Program-made: the position numbers and the translations under genes
Source: a bacterium
GTDB taxonomy: Bacteria; Zhuqueibacterota; Zhuqueibacteria; Residuimicrobiales; Krinioviventaceae
Reading direction: 5' to 3'
Assembly: GCA_963693055.1 (NCBI GenBank)
Contig: OY843751.1
Span: 4,064,001-4,128,000 of the forward strand
DNA: 64,000 bases
Notes under the pieces: model-generated
Told to the model about the DNA's origin: nothing
Seen by the model: the letters and a program-made list of their open reading frames with translations, nothing else
The model's database searches: none
In this document: in pieces, positions 1-9,920 of the stretch
Position numbering within the stretch: the first letter of the stretch is position 1
How the letters are laid out: each line of letters begins with the position of its first letter

Positions 1-2807
1 AGGTACCAAAAGTGGGTTTGCCAATCTAATTCAATACCCTTTACATAAGAAGTTTCCTCTAAATTCGTCCAGGTATAAATTGTTGTAGGATCTCCTGTTT
101 GGATCAATGGATACCTGTTGTTAATCTTTTCAGAGTCCTTTGTATAATATTTAATAGAAGTAATTAAATTATCAATTTCTTTATAAAAGAATCCCGCTGT
201 AAACAATCCGATAAAATTCTGATAAACTGAAGCATAAATATCGTAATTTTGAGTTAACGCGGGTTTAATATAAGGATTACCCAAACGTAATATTGGAGAG
301 CTATATGTATCAATAAACAAATATGGAGAAACAGCACGGTAATCCGGATAAATTATACTTTTTGTGCTTGCTAAACGAAGATCCAGCCAATCTGTTGGTT
401 TGATACGCAGGTGCATTTGCGGGAACCAGTTATCACCTTTTGTTGAATCCCAATGCACAGGTTTATGGTCATAATAATACTCGCCCGGTGTTGTCAGACG
501 ACCAAATACATACGTGGAATCTGCCGTATAATCAAAATTAAAATTTTCGTATCTTACACCTGGCATAAATGTAATATATTTGCCAAAATTTAATTCCGAC
601 ATGAGGTAAAAGGCATAATAATCACGTGTATAATTATAATCATATTGTGTTGATTCTTGTGGTGATCGGAGATAGTAGCCAGACTCTTTGGCCAACTCTT
701 CCAAATGATTCATTTTCCAAATTGAAATTTTGTTATAAAAGATATCACCATTAACGCCCTCATTACCTGAGAGAAAATCACCAATATCATAGTTCGGATC
801 TTCAAATAAAGGAGCAACAATTCCATTATCATCTTTTTCCATGCCCAGATCCGGCCATAATTTTTCCCTTAAAAGGGTATTAAAATCAAGTGAAAGACCT
901 CCCCTATCCGTATCTATTCCCCACTGGGTCTCGTCATTTTCTCTTTTGTTTCGAACATACTTGCCGCCAAACTTGACATTTCCCGCCAGGTAATTTGTAA
1001 AAGTGAATGGTACTTTAAAGTTAAGCAGTGCAGATTGGGCAGTTTCATCAACATTTCGTTCAAGAGTGGTTGTACCGGTTGATATTTTATCTTTATCCAA
1101 AACGGTAACAGAATTCAAGAATGTACTGGGTGACATATTTTTAAGATCAGAAGCATCACTTTCCAATCCCTGAACACCACCAGATCTTGTTCTAATATCC
1201 ATCCTCAAATCACCAGGATTACTTTGCTTCGATATAGAATTTGACAATGAAAAATCCATATTGATATTAAAAAAATCAAATTCACCCTGCAGAGCATTAC
1301 TAATTACAGTATTATCAAATTCCCTGTCTGCTGCAAATCCCCTCCAATCATATGCAGTAGTAAAATAATTTTGCTGTTCTATTTGGTGTTGATACAGATT
1401 GCTAATAAAATTGTTCATGATTAACGAACCAGTAGAGAATTCATAATCCAAAACCAGACCACCGCCCATTCTCTTTCTTTCCGTATCATAATCGCTAATA
1501 GTAACCTCAGACAGGTAAACCGGAATCAAGCCACCAACCGTTATCTCTTCTTCATCTGTTGCATATTTAGCAGTTAATTTATCAGCGCCTCTGTCAAATC
1601 TGTCAATAAAACCAGAAACTTGAACGCCCAACTTTTTATTAAAAAAGCGGTTGCTCAGCAAGCCTGTACCCCTATAATTTCCATAAGTACCAGCCACAGA
1701 ACCATATCCACCTTGAACGGAAAAGTTTTTACGAAATCCTTCTTTAGCTTTACCAATTTTAAGATTAACCATACCACCAACAGCATCGGCATCCATATCT
1801 GCAGTCAATGCTTTGGTAACCTCAATACCTTCAAGAATATTGGGTGCAATCATATTCAGATCCACACTACGATCATCACGATCAGTGGATTGCATGCGAA
1901 CATTGTTTACCATCATCACATTGTATTTTGGAGACATACCGCGAATGGTAACTTTTTGCCCTTCACCACCACTTCTAACGATGGAAATTCCGGGTAAACG
2001 GCCAACAGATTCTGCCGCATTAACATCGGGCACTTCCTGAATCCGGTCAGCGGCAACAACATTTGTTATAGTGCGTGAAGATATTTGCTGGTTGATGGCA
2101 GCCATTTGGCCTTCAGCCTGTGCAGTAATCTCAACCGCTTCACCTGTAAGTGTTTCATATTCGAGTTCTATATCCTTTGTAATACTCCTCCCAGGTAAAA
2201 TCTGCACGGTTACATTTGCATCTTTATAACCAATGTATTTAACAACAATAACAAAGGTACCTACAGATATACGGGGAATAACATATTCTCCTTGCATATT
2301 TGTAGCGGCACCAATACTTGTACCTTCAATAAAAACATTGGCGCCTGGTAATGGGTCACCTGTAACCTTGTCTATTACCTTGCCTGAAATTTTTGAACTG
2401 GTTTTTTGAGAGGAGCCACCCCCAGCTTGTCCGGCTTCACGGGATATTGCGACATTTCCACCTTTAGTAAACTGTAAAGACATACCGGTATTTTTCAATA
2501 TACCGAGTAATGCTTCCAGAACATATACATCATCTAATTGAACATTAACCTTTTTTTCAGATGGAATAATGGATCTGTTATAATTCAGGTTCAGGCTATG
2601 ATCCATGTCCAGCGTATTTAACGCTAATTCAAGAGGTACATCCTGAAAATCTATACTTGTCTTTTCCAGTAAAGCTACCGGCATGAGTTGCCCTGTATAT
2701 TTATAGATATCAATATTACTATTGTTATCTATATTCTCCTGAGCCAAAATACTAAAATTTAGAATCAGAAATTGAATCAAGAATAGAATTATACTTTTGC
2801 GAACCAT
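1..2807 (-). CDS. TonB-dependent receptor with N-terminal STN-like signalling domain and carboxypeptidase-regulatory-like domain (3' end runs off the window)
   Basis: Not in the ORF track because its stop is outside the window. ATG at 2807 follows a GGAGG RBS. It reads MVRKSIILFLIQFLILNFSILAQ (signal peptide), then an STN-like segment (FQDVPLELALNTL), then ISGKVIDKVTGDPLPGANVFIEGTSIGAATNMQGEYVI, then a plug motif (NAAESVGRLPGISIVRSGGEGQKVTIRG ... IEVTKALTADMDADAVGGMVNLK). Confidence 0.9.
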   Translation of the reverse strand, partial: MVRKSIILFLIQFLILNFSILAQENIDNNSNIDIYKYTGQLMPVALLEKTSIDFQDVPLELALNTLDMDHSLNLNYNRSIIPSEKKVNVQLDDVYVLEALLGILKNTGMSLQFTKGGNVAISREAGQAGGGSSQKTSSKISGKVIDKVTGDPLPGANVFIEGTSIGAATNMQGEYVIPRISVGTFVIVVKYIGYKDANVTVQILPGRSITKDIELEYETLTGEAVEITAQAEGQMAAINQQISSRTITNVVAADRIQEVPDVNAAESVGRLPGISIVRSGGEGQKVTIRGMSPKYNVMMVNNVRMQSTDRDDRSVDLNMIAPNILEGIEVTKALTADMDADAVGGMVNLKIGKAKEGFRKNFSVQGGYGSVAGTYGNYRGTGLLSNRFFNKKLGVQVSGFIDRFDRGADKLTAKYATDEEEITVGGLIPVYLSEVTISDYDTERKRMGGGLVLDYEFSTGSLIMNNFISNLYQHQIEQQNYFTTAYDWRGFAADREFDNTVISNALQGEFDFFNINMDFSLSNSISKQSNPGDLRMDIRTRSGGVQGLESDASDLKNMSPSTFLNSVTVLDKDKISTGTTTLERNVDETAQSALLNFKVPFTFTNYLAGNVKFGGKYVRNKRENDETQWGIDTDRGGLSLDFNTLLREKLWPDLGMEKDDNGIVAPLFEDPNYDIGDFLSGNEGVNGDIFYNKISIWKMNHLEELAKESGYYLRSPQESTQYDYNYTRDYYAFYLMSELNFGKYITFMPGVRYENFNFDYTADSTYVFGRLTTPGEYYYDHKPVHWDSTKGDNWFPQMHLRIKPTDWLDLRLASTKSIIYPDYRAVSPYLFIDTYSSPILRLGNPYIKPALTQNYDIYASVYQNFIGLFTAGFFYKEIDNLITSIKYYTKDSEKINNRYPLIQTGDPTTIYTWTNLEETSYVKGIELDWQTHFWY

Positions 2808-2835
2808 TTAATAACCTCCGATAAATGTTATTACT

Positions 2836-3882
2836 TTAGAAAAACTCGATAAGCCTTCCATTACGGTTTACGTTGGTAGATGTCACTACTGAAATTACCC
2901 GTATAACTTCTTCGACATTCGCTCCACGGATATGTACGGAAATGATTTGATCTAGTGCCTTGGGGTCACGAAAGGAAAATTGGTAGTCGTACCAGCGTTC
3001 AAGTTGAGTTACAACTTCACTTACTTTACTATTAACAAAATGAACTTCATTTTGCATCCATCTAAAATATCGTTCAGCATCAATATTATAAAGATGTGTG
3101 AGAGGACCAGTTAAGGGTACGGTACTCTGTTCATTTTTTGTCAATATAACAGTATTTTCATCCCGGGTAGAATCAGTACGGCTAACAAGGACCTTTCCTT
3201 CAGCAACAGTGATAACAACATCGGGATTTGTTTCCCATGACCTCACATTAAACCGGGTACCAACTACTCGAACAACCGCATGTTCTGCATGCACATAAAA
3301 AGGTTTATTTTCATCATGTGCTACATTAAAGCAGGCTTCACCTTTGAGATACACATGTCTTTCATCTTCATATTTGGTAAAATATTTAATTTCACTACCA
3401 GCATCTACAGTCACCAAACTGCCGTCTGGTAGAGTAATATTTTGCCTTTCCCCGTTTTTCACTTTTACAGTTTGAAACTCTTTAACAATTGCATTGGTTT
3501 GCTGCTGCCAGGGTAATTTTGAAAACCCATTTGAAAAGAAATAAGGCAGGGATATTGCAAAAATAAAAATTGCCGCATAACGTAAAAACTGCAAAGACCG
3601 TCTGGGTTTATGATTATGGACATGAAAATATTTATTCTTGTCCTGCTTTTTATAAAATGATTTTGCGTTTTCCAAAACAATACGTTTCTCAAGCTGCTTC
3701 CACATCTCATTGGTATCAATAAATCTTGATGGATTCTCTTGTAGATTTGTTGAAATTTTTAGTTTCCTTATGGCTTTTGCAAAATCCGGATCAGATTTTA
3801 TACGATCTTCTATTAACTTTTTTTCTTCAGGGTTACATTCTTTTGCAATATACATCGCTATCAGTCTAGAGTCTATGTGCAC
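2836..3882 (-). CDS. fecR: FecR-family anti-sigma factor / transmembrane sensor
   Basis: Single TM helix (YAAIFIFAISLPYFF); FecR motifs ITLPDGSLVTVDAGSEI, VYLKGEACFNVAHDENKPF, VRVVGTRFNV; C-terminal LERWYD domain; lies between an ECF sigma and an STN-TonB receptor. Confidence 0.93.
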   Translation of the reverse strand: MHIDSRLIAMYIAKECNPEEKKLIEDRIKSDPDFAKAIRKLKISTNLQENPSRFIDTNEMWKQLEKRIVLENAKSFYKKQDKNKYFHVHNHKPRRSLQFLRYAAIFIFAISLPYFFSNGFSKLPWQQQTNAIVKEFQTVKVKNGERQNITLPDGSLVTVDAGSEIKYFTKYEDERHVYLKGEACFNVAHDENKPFYVHAEHAVVRVVGTRFNVRSWETNPDVVITVAEGKVLVSRTDSTRDENTVILTKNEQSTVPLTGPLTHLYNIDAERYFRWMQNEVHFVNSKVSEVVTQLERWYDYQFSFRDPKALDQIISVHIRGANVEEVIRVISVVTSTNVNRNGRLIEFF

Positions 3883-3930
3883 TTTAACCTCATTTGTTGT
3901 AACAGATTATATAATCATTTGATATCATAT

Positions 3931-3962
3931 ATAAAACAACTCAAACGCACGATACCCCTATG
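3931..3962 (-). promoter_or_regulatory. Putative ECF-sigma-dependent promoter of fecR/TonB receptor
   Basis: The minus strand reads TAGGGGTATCGTGCGTTTGAGTTGTTTTAT, resembling from memory the TAGGGG...TGT motif found between sigma and fecR genes in Bacteroidota-type systems. Only one instance in the window. Confidence 0.35.
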
Positions 3963-4065
3963 CGTTTAAGAATATTTTTTACTTTCAGGTGAATTAAATC
4001 GGGATTATAAAATTAATTATCAGGGGATGTTTGGTTTTGTAAAGGAATACTAAAACGTTTAAGGA

Positions 4066-4620
4066 TTAAAAACAAATAAATACAAAATATGCCAATTCTG
4101 AAAGATTCTTTTTTAAAATTTTGAGGGCTTTTCCCATCTGGTTTTCAACAGTCTTTACCGATATCCCTAAAATCTTGGCGATTTCTGCATAGGTGAGATG
4201 ATCATTTCTACTCATGAGAAAAATTATACGGCATTTTTCAGGCAAATTGTGTATTACTCTATTAACACTTTTCTCCATTTCGCAAAGGTCAAATTCTGTT
4301 TCAGGAGTATTGAAATCCGTCTCAATAATCGTGATTTTTTCTTTATAATCACGTTCAATTTTGGAATGTTTAACAGAATTGATCGCTTTGTTTTTAACTG
4401 AGGTATAAAGATATGTTTTGATATTGCCGGAAAAATCAAGATTTTCACGGTTCATCCAGACGTTTAAAAAGACATCCTGAACAATATTCTCCGCAAGGTC
4501 AAGATCATATAAAAATTTGTTTGCAAATAACACCAATGGCTTGAAAAATTGTCGAAATAAATTCTCAAATTCTTCCATATCCCCCAAGTGGCCCTGTTTT
4601 TCTATCCTAACCGGAAACAA
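4066..4620 (-). CDS. ECF RNA polymerase sigma-70 factor (FecI/Bacteroides-expansion type); alternative start ATG 4578
   Basis: Region 2 (LAENIVQDVFLNVW, YLYTSVKNKAIN) and region 4 (LPEKCRIIFLMSRNDHLTYAEIAKILGISVKTVENQMGKALK). Confidence 0.93.
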   Translation of the reverse strand: MFPVRIEKQGHLGDMEEFENLFRQFFKPLVLFANKFLYDLDLAENIVQDVFLNVWMNRENLDFSGNIKTYLYTSVKNKAINSVKHSKIERDYKEKITIIETDFNTPETEFDLCEMEKSVNRVIHNLPEKCRIIFLMSRNDHLTYAEIAKILGISVKTVENQMGKALKILKKNLSELAYFVFICF

Positions 4621-4773
4621 ATTATCATCAAAACTTTACAAGTAGTTACAATGATTTACATTTTCAATTTATTAATAAAAATTTAATATGCAAATACTTT
4701 TATTTACATTTTCTTAATAATGGTCAAATTAACTATTAATAACAAACGGATCTAAACTATTCTATTCATAAAA

Positions 4774-6903
4774 TTACTCTTGTTCATCTCTTGTTTTTAT
4801 GGCATCTAAAACCCGTTCCGGAATCATGGGCAACGTGTGCATCCTTATACCTATGGCATCGCTTACCGCATTGGCTATTACTGCTCCGCTGGTGGTAATT
4901 GCCGGTTCGCCACAGCCCTGCGGGGCAAGCTCGGGATTATCAATCAATATTGCTTCAACAACAGGCGCCCAACTGAATCGGGTGATTGAGTAGGTGTCAA
5001 AATTTTCGGTAAGAATCTCACCACCATTGAATTCAATTTCTTCACCCAAACAATACCCAATTCCCATGGTAATGCCACCTTCCATTTGAAGCCTGGCTCC
5101 CAATGGATTAATAATCTCACCCATGTCCTGCGCGCTTACCACGCGTTTGACTGTTACAACTCCTGTTCTTTCATCCACCTCTACCTCTGCCATTGTTGCA
5201 ACATAGGTATTGAGATAATCCGTACAGGCAATGCCGTATCCCTTTCCGCTGGGACCTTTGTAAAATGTTTTACCAAATTGATCGGCTGCGGCTTTTAACA
5301 CCCGCACCATCCGCTTATCCGACAAATTTTTCAATCGAAAGCTGAGAGGGTCCATTCCTGCCTCCCAGGCCATCACATCGGTATGCGATTCCATGGCAAA
5401 GACATTGGTATTGCTGCCGGGACCTCGCCATGCCCCGGTATCGAATGGATGTACATCACTGGCCCGGTTGGATAAAACACGATAATGGGGTATATCATAA
5501 ATGGGTTCTGCGCTACGGTTACCGGGATAATAGTGATCAAAATCCCAAAACGTGATTCGCCCCCGTTCATCAATTCCGGAGCGGGCATGAATGACTGCCG
5601 CAGGTCTGAACGCATCGTAGAAAAACTCTTCTTTGCGGTTAAAAGCAATCTGTACGGGTTTACCGGTAATTTGGGCCAATTGAGCAGCTTCAGTTATTTC
5701 AGTACCGGACTTTTTACCGCCAAATCCACCACCAATAAAAGGTGCACGCAAATGCACCTGTTCCGGTTTAACGTTAAGGATATCTGCAATTTTCTCCTGT
5801 ACACGGAATGGTGTTTGAGAAGAACACCAAACATCAATCATGTCAGCATTCACATCAACCAGGACGGTATGGGTTTCTATGGGTGCATGCGCAACATAGT
5901 GGTTATAATATGTTTCATCAAAAGTCTTGTCGCTTTTTGCACCTGCAATATCTCCTTTTTCTGTAACCGGTCTTTTTTCCGATTCCAGATTCAATAAATG
6001 ATCAAAAACCGTTTCATTATTCAATTCACTGGCAGGGCTATCATACTCTGCCATTACAAGATCAATGGCCTTTTCTGCCATGTCCGGCTGTTCATGCAAT
6101 ACGGCTATCAGACCATTCTGCTCTACAACGATCACACCGGAGACTGCCTTTGCCTGCGTGGTATCCACTGATTTCAATTTTGCAGCATGAGACGGGGGAC
6201 GTAAAACTCTGGCGTAGAGCATACCGGGTAAACGAATGTCCCCGGCAAATTTGGCGGCACCGGTCACTTTATCCCGGATATCGGAGCGTCTGACAGGTTT
6301 TCCGGATACCTTGTGCTCGCTAAAATGCTTGATTTTTGATTCCGCGTTGCGTTCAATACGCTGACCCTGAGCCAGCTCGGCATAAGACATGGATTTATCC
6401 GAATCTGATTTTACAGAGACCACGCCTTTGTCTACCCAAAGATCCTCCACCGGGACACCCAGCTTTTCTGATGCCAGCTGCATCAGCACTGCTCTGGCTT
6501 CCGCACCCGCTCGACGAAGCGCGGGACCAAACACTTTGGTGCTTCGGGATCCTGTGGTACCACCATCCCAGGGACACAACAATGTATCACCCATTACCAT
6601 ATCCACCTGGTCAAGCGCAACATCCAGTTCTTCTGCCAGCATTTGTGCCAGAGAGGTTATTATGCCCTGTCCCATTTCAATTTTGCCTGTATAGCAACTC
6701 ACCCGGCCATCTGTACCAATGAGCAGGTACGCATTAAAATCACTGGGGTATCTCCTGCGGTTTCCCTGCCCTACAGTAATGGTTGGATATAGCGAAAACA
6801 AAATAGCAATGCCGCCACTGGTTTGGATAAACTTTCTACGATCAATTTTTTGTGCATGTAATAATTCATCTAAAAGTGATGCAGAAATATTTTCATTTTT
6901 CAT
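4774..6903 (-). CDS. Xanthine-dehydrogenase-family molybdopterin-binding subunit (isoquinoline 1-oxidoreductase beta-like)
   Basis: Motifs GKIEMGQG, GGTTGSRST, KVTGAAKFAGDIRLPGMLYA, GGGFGGK, AWRGPG, QMEGGITMG, GCGEPA; N-terminal twin-arginine-like DRRKFIQ. Confidence 0.92.
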   Translation of the reverse strand: MKNENISASLLDELLHAQKIDRRKFIQTSGGIAILFSLYPTITVGQGNRRRYPSDFNAYLLIGTDGRVSCYTGKIEMGQGIITSLAQMLAEELDVALDQVDMVMGDTLLCPWDGGTTGSRSTKVFGPALRRAGAEARAVLMQLASEKLGVPVEDLWVDKGVVSVKSDSDKSMSYAELAQGQRIERNAESKIKHFSEHKVSGKPVRRSDIRDKVTGAAKFAGDIRLPGMLYARVLRPPSHAAKLKSVDTTQAKAVSGVIVVEQNGLIAVLHEQPDMAEKAIDLVMAEYDSPASELNNETVFDHLLNLESEKRPVTEKGDIAGAKSDKTFDETYYNHYVAHAPIETHTVLVDVNADMIDVWCSSQTPFRVQEKIADILNVKPEQVHLRAPFIGGGFGGKKSGTEITEAAQLAQITGKPVQIAFNRKEEFFYDAFRPAAVIHARSGIDERGRITFWDFDHYYPGNRSAEPIYDIPHYRVLSNRASDVHPFDTGAWRGPGSNTNVFAMESHTDVMAWEAGMDPLSFRLKNLSDKRMVRVLKAAADQFGKTFYKGPSGKGYGIACTDYLNTYVATMAEVEVDERTGVVTVKRVVSAQDMGEIINPLGARLQMEGGITMGIGYCLGEEIEFNGGEILTENFDTYSITRFSWAPVVEAILIDNPELAPQGCGEPAITTSGAVIANAVSDAIGIRMHTLPMIPERVLDAIKTRDEQE

Positions 6904-7382
6904 CGCACACCTCCTTTACGCATTTCATTTGCAGCAGCAGAAATTGCCTGTACAATGCGTTTATACGATCCACAGCGACAGAGATTGTCATCCATACCCG
7001 CAATAATCTCTTTTTCAGACGCAGAGGGATTTTCCATCAACAGGCTGTAAGCATTCAGGATCATACCGGGTGTGCAGAATCCACACTGGACCGCGTCATG
7101 TACAATAAAAGCTTTTTGCAGGGGATGAAGACTGTCATTTTGAGATAGGCCTTCAATTGTAATGACAGATTTGGATTGAAGCGATTTTATGGGTGTTTGG
7201 CATGAACGCACTGCACGGTCATTAACAAGGACGGTGCATGAGCCGCAAAGTCCCTCACCGCAGCCGAATTTAGTACCGGTAAGTTCAAACTCGGTCCGCA
7301 ATACCCACAACAGACTGCGGCTGCTGTCTGTTGTAATTGAAACTGATTTTCCATTCAAGGTTAAATTTTTAGTTTCATTCAT
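6900..7382 (-). CDS. (2Fe-2S)-binding small subunit (IorA/CoxS-like)
   Basis: GTKFGCGEGLCGSCTV...C and QCGFCTPG...NLCRCGSY; overlaps the large subunit start by 4 nt (ATGA). Confidence 0.95.
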   Translation of the reverse strand: MNETKNLTLNGKSVSITTDSSRSLLWVLRTEFELTGTKFGCGEGLCGSCTVLVNDRAVRSCQTPIKSLQSKSVITIEGLSQNDSLHPLQKAFIVHDAVQCGFCTPGMILNAYSLLMENPSASEKEIIAGMDDNLCRCGSYKRIVQAISAAANEMRKGGVR

Positions 7383-7553
7383 GGTGTGCTCCTGTAAAAT
7401 GACAAGAACGTTACCGTAAGCATAAAAGAAAGGTATATTTTAGTATAACAGAAATAGAACAAATGCACAATAGTAAAATGCACAAGGATTTGGCTTATCG
7501 CTGGATTTAACGGTAAAAGGATACTGAATAAATGATAAATCATCTGAATCAGG

Positions 7554-7681
7554 ACCCTGATTAAAGGATTTACCTGATTTACCTTGATTAGAACATATTT
7601 GATCGCCGGGTACATTTGTGCCCAGCGGTTTTTTAGAGCAGGACTTGAGTCCTGCATAATGCATGCAGGGACAAATGTCCC
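7554..7681. repeat. Composite intergenic repeat: 9-nt-period ACCTTGATT-like tract followed by REP-like hairpins
   Basis: accctgattaaaggatttacctgatttaccttgatt, then tgatcgccgggtacatttgtgcccagcggt and hairpins gcaggacttgagtcctgc and gggacaaatgtccc. A related element lies at 36183-36353. Confidence 0.7.
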
Positions 7682-7762
7682 AAGTAATACTCTCTCCTGT
7701 CTGAATTAGGATGCATAGGATTCAAGGATGAACAGGATGGGGGAATATCCGCTTTTTTTATT

Positions 7763-7899
7763 CTCGTGCCCTGGCTCTGCCTGGACACGCAATAAACTGA
7801 TTTTTGGGTTCCGCGGCAGAGCCACGGAACCAGGAATCTATCACCGGCCCTTCGATACTCTCGTGAGCTTGACGCTTACTCGAACTCAGGGCACGGTTC
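7763..7899. repeat. REP-like palindromes (ctcgtgccctggctctgcctggacacg; ggttccgcggcagagccacggaacc) and a cccttcga...ctcagggc element
   Basis: Visible inverted repeats; the cccttcga...ctcagggc frame recurs at 63041-63089. Confidence 0.6.
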
Positions 7900-8001
7900 T
7901 GTGCTCTTTTATCGCTTCTCAAGCTTTTACTGAAGACTGATTACTGACTACTGATAACTCCATACTTACAGCTAATAGCTTATAGCTATAGCCCATTTCA
8001 C

Positions 8002-8064
8002 CTGATAACTGATAACTGATAACTGATAACTGATAACTGATAACTGATAACTGACAACTGACAA
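8002..8064 (+). repeat. Heptamer tandem repeat (CTGATAA)7(CTGACAA)2
   Basis: Direct count. Degenerate relatives occur at about 7929-7958, 9950-9992 and 31791-31820. Confidence 0.95.
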
Positions 8065-8081
8065 CTCTAAACAGATACCTC

Positions 8082-8132
8082 TTGACAAACACATGTAAAA
8101 TTATTATATTCATTGAATGAAATTTCAATCAA
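8082..8132 (+). promoter_or_regulatory. Sigma-70 promoter (TTGACA-N17-TATATT) with a downstream palindromic operator TTGAATGAAATTTCAATCAA
   Basis: -35 at 8082-8087, -10 at 8105-8110; a 20-bp inverted repeat with one mismatch (8113-8132) overlaps the expected transcription start, as expected for TetR autorepression. Confidence 0.7.
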
Positions 8133-8148
8133 TAATCAGGAATTAATT

Positions 8149-8754
8149 TTGGCCAGGAATAAAGAATTAAATGAAAAACTCAAAGACGAGCGCAGAGACC
8201 TTATCCTAACAACTGCGCTATCCCTTTTTGCCTCGCGCGGACTCGCAGCCACAAAGATCACAGATATTGCCAAGGCTGCCAACATGTCACAGGGACTTTT
8301 GTATCACTATTATTCTTCCAAAGAAGAGATCTTTACCGAACTGGTAATCCGTGCGTTTGAACGGCTGGTCGCGGCAAGCCGGGGACTCGAATCAGATCCC
8401 TCTCCCCCAGCGGACAAGATCAAAATGGCAATCAAAGCCCTGCTGGAAGGATTTGAAAATAGCAAACACGCGGCCAATTATTACCTGCTCATTGCGCATG
8501 CGGAGCTGTCCAATGCCAGTCCGGATGAAGCCAAAACCGCAATTCAAAGATACTGGTACATCCCCTATCAGATCATGGAGGGGATTATGCGCAAGGGACA
8601 GCAGGACGGAACTATCAAAAATCACGATCCTGCTGAAATGGCCCAGTTGTTCTGGAATACCATCAATGGCATTGCCATGTACCGGGCCATGCACCCGGAT
8701 ATTTATCGTTCACCGGATATAAATATATTGTCCGGTATGTTTTTAAAAGAATAG
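8149..8754 (+). CDS. TetR/AcrR-family transcriptional regulator (probable start TTG 8149)
   Basis: HTH region ILTTALSLFASRGLAATKITDIAKAANMSQGLLYHYYSSKEEIF. AGGA RBS at 8138-8141. The ORF-track start (8113) overlaps the promoter/operator. Confidence 0.92.
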   Translation: MARNKELNEKLKDERRDLILTTALSLFASRGLAATKITDIAKAANMSQGLLYHYYSSKEEIFTELVIRAFERLVAASRGLESDPSPPADKIKMAIKALLEGFENSKHAANYYLLIAHAELSNASPDEAKTAIQRYWYIPYQIMEGIMRKGQQDGTIKNHDPAEMAQLFWNTINGIAMYRAMHPDIYRSPDINILSGMFLKE

Positions 8755-8770
8755 AATGGAGTAAAATAAA

Positions 8771-9706
8771 ATGCCCAGCTTTAAAAGTAAATTATTTGTA
8801 TTTATATTAAAAAACCGTCATTTGATGCAATTCAGATTCAAACGTACAACCTCTGTTGATGAAAGAACAGATGTACAAAAGTTACGCGCGCAGGTAGAAC
8901 GTGGAGGCGGATTCTGGGGCAAGCTTCCCAAGGATTACGAATTCATCCCTATCGACATTGACGGATTGGATGCCGAATGGATGTATCCACTCAATGCGGA
9001 CAAGAACAAAGCCATCCTTTATTTTCACGGAGGCGGACTCGTTTTGGGATCCATCAACGCACACCGCAGTATCGTAGTAAAATTTGTACAGGATACCGGT
9101 ATAGGTGCCATGTTGTTTGATTACGCTTTGGCCCCGGAAAATCCTTATCCTGCAGGATTAAATGACTCTGTCAAAGCATACCAGTACATGCTAGATAAAG
9201 GCATAAAACCGGAAAACATTGCGTTTATGGGAGATTCCGGCGGCGGAAATCTGGTTTACGCAACCATGCTGGCATTAAAAGAGAAAAACATTCCCCTGCC
9301 CGGAGCAGCGGTGAGCTTGTCCGCCTGGACCGATCTTACCAACTCGGGTGAATCGTGGCAGTTTAACGATGAAAAAGACACCCTCTGCTGGAAAGACGCG
9401 CAAAAAGTATTTAGCGAGTACTATTGCGGGGACAATAATGATCCTAAAAATCCATTGATCTCTCCCCTGTTTGGCGATTTGTCAGGCCTCCCGCCCCTGC
9501 TCATGTATGCTGGTGGCGACGAGGGTATGCTCAGCGATACCACACGCTTTGCGGAAAAAGCCAAATCCGCGGGTGTTGATGTGACCCTGCGCGTGGGTGA
9601 GGGACTCTTTCACTGCTATCCCGCTTGTGCGCCCATCTTTCCCGAAGCCACAGAAGCCAAAGACGAGATTTGCGCGTTTATTAAGGAAAAACTGAATATA
9701 AAATAA
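8771..9706 (+). CDS. Alpha/beta hydrolase (HSL-family esterase/lipase)
   Basis: HGGG oxyanion motif, GDSGG nucleophile elbow, DYALAPENPYPA, C-terminal Glu/His (GGDE, LFH). Confidence 0.92.
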   Translation: MPSFKSKLFVFILKNRHLMQFRFKRTTSVDERTDVQKLRAQVERGGGFWGKLPKDYEFIPIDIDGLDAEWMYPLNADKNKAILYFHGGGLVLGSINAHRSIVVKFVQDTGIGAMLFDYALAPENPYPAGLNDSVKAYQYMLDKGIKPENIAFMGDSGGGNLVYATMLALKEKNIPLPGAAVSLSAWTDLTNSGESWQFNDEKDTLCWKDAQKVFSEYYCGDNNDPKNPLISPLFGDLSGLPPLLMYAGGDEGMLSDTTRFAEKAKSAGVDVTLRVGEGLFHCYPACAPIFPEATEAKDEICAFIKEKLNIK

Positions 9707-9719
9707 GAAACGGCCTTTT

Positions 9720-9920
9720 AATTAACGCCGAGTGCGCAGAGTAAAGCATAGAAATCCTTTGCGACCTTTGCGGCCACTGCGTTAATTACTCGATCCCAAA
9801 CTCTGTTTATCCAATGACTTTTCCCCTGCTTGAATTAAGATTTAAGGATAATTAGGGTTCATATTGTCTGTTTTTCAAATCCGAGAATCTTATTCATCCT
9901 AAAAATCTTAATTCAGACAA
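9720..9920. repeat. Intergenic inverted-repeat cluster (aattaacgc...gcgttaatt element and tgaattaagattt...aaatcttaattcagac element)
   Basis: Terminal inverted repeats visible at 9720-9787 and about 9830-9918; the second element resembles those at 31599 and 38861. Confidence 0.6.

Noticed and set aside
1620-2040. Plus-strand ORFs 1620-1997 and 1813-2040
   Set aside because: They are antisense shadows of the TonB receptor, which the ORF track missed because it is truncated at the window edge.
4774-7382. Missing FAD subunit as a sign of a broken xanthine dehydrogenase
   Set aside because: Two-subunit IorAB-type enzymes without an FAD subunit are an established arrangement.
7379-7940. Short ORFs 7379-7657, 7440-7664 and 7728-7940
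   Set aside because: They run through repeat elements, lack an RBS and show no recognisable protein features.
7540-8070. CRISPR array
   Set aside because: The repeats are 7-9 nt tandem units or isolated hairpins, not constant 23-47 nt repeats with unique spacers, and there are no cas genes.
7919-8128. 69-aa ORF containing SYQLSVI repeats
   Set aside because: It is a translation artefact of the CTGATAA heptamer tract and overlaps the TetR promoter.
8113-8148. ORF-track TTG start of TetR at 8113
   Set aside because: It lies 2 nt after the -10 box, inside the operator palindrome; TTG 8149 has an RBS and gives a typical N-terminus.
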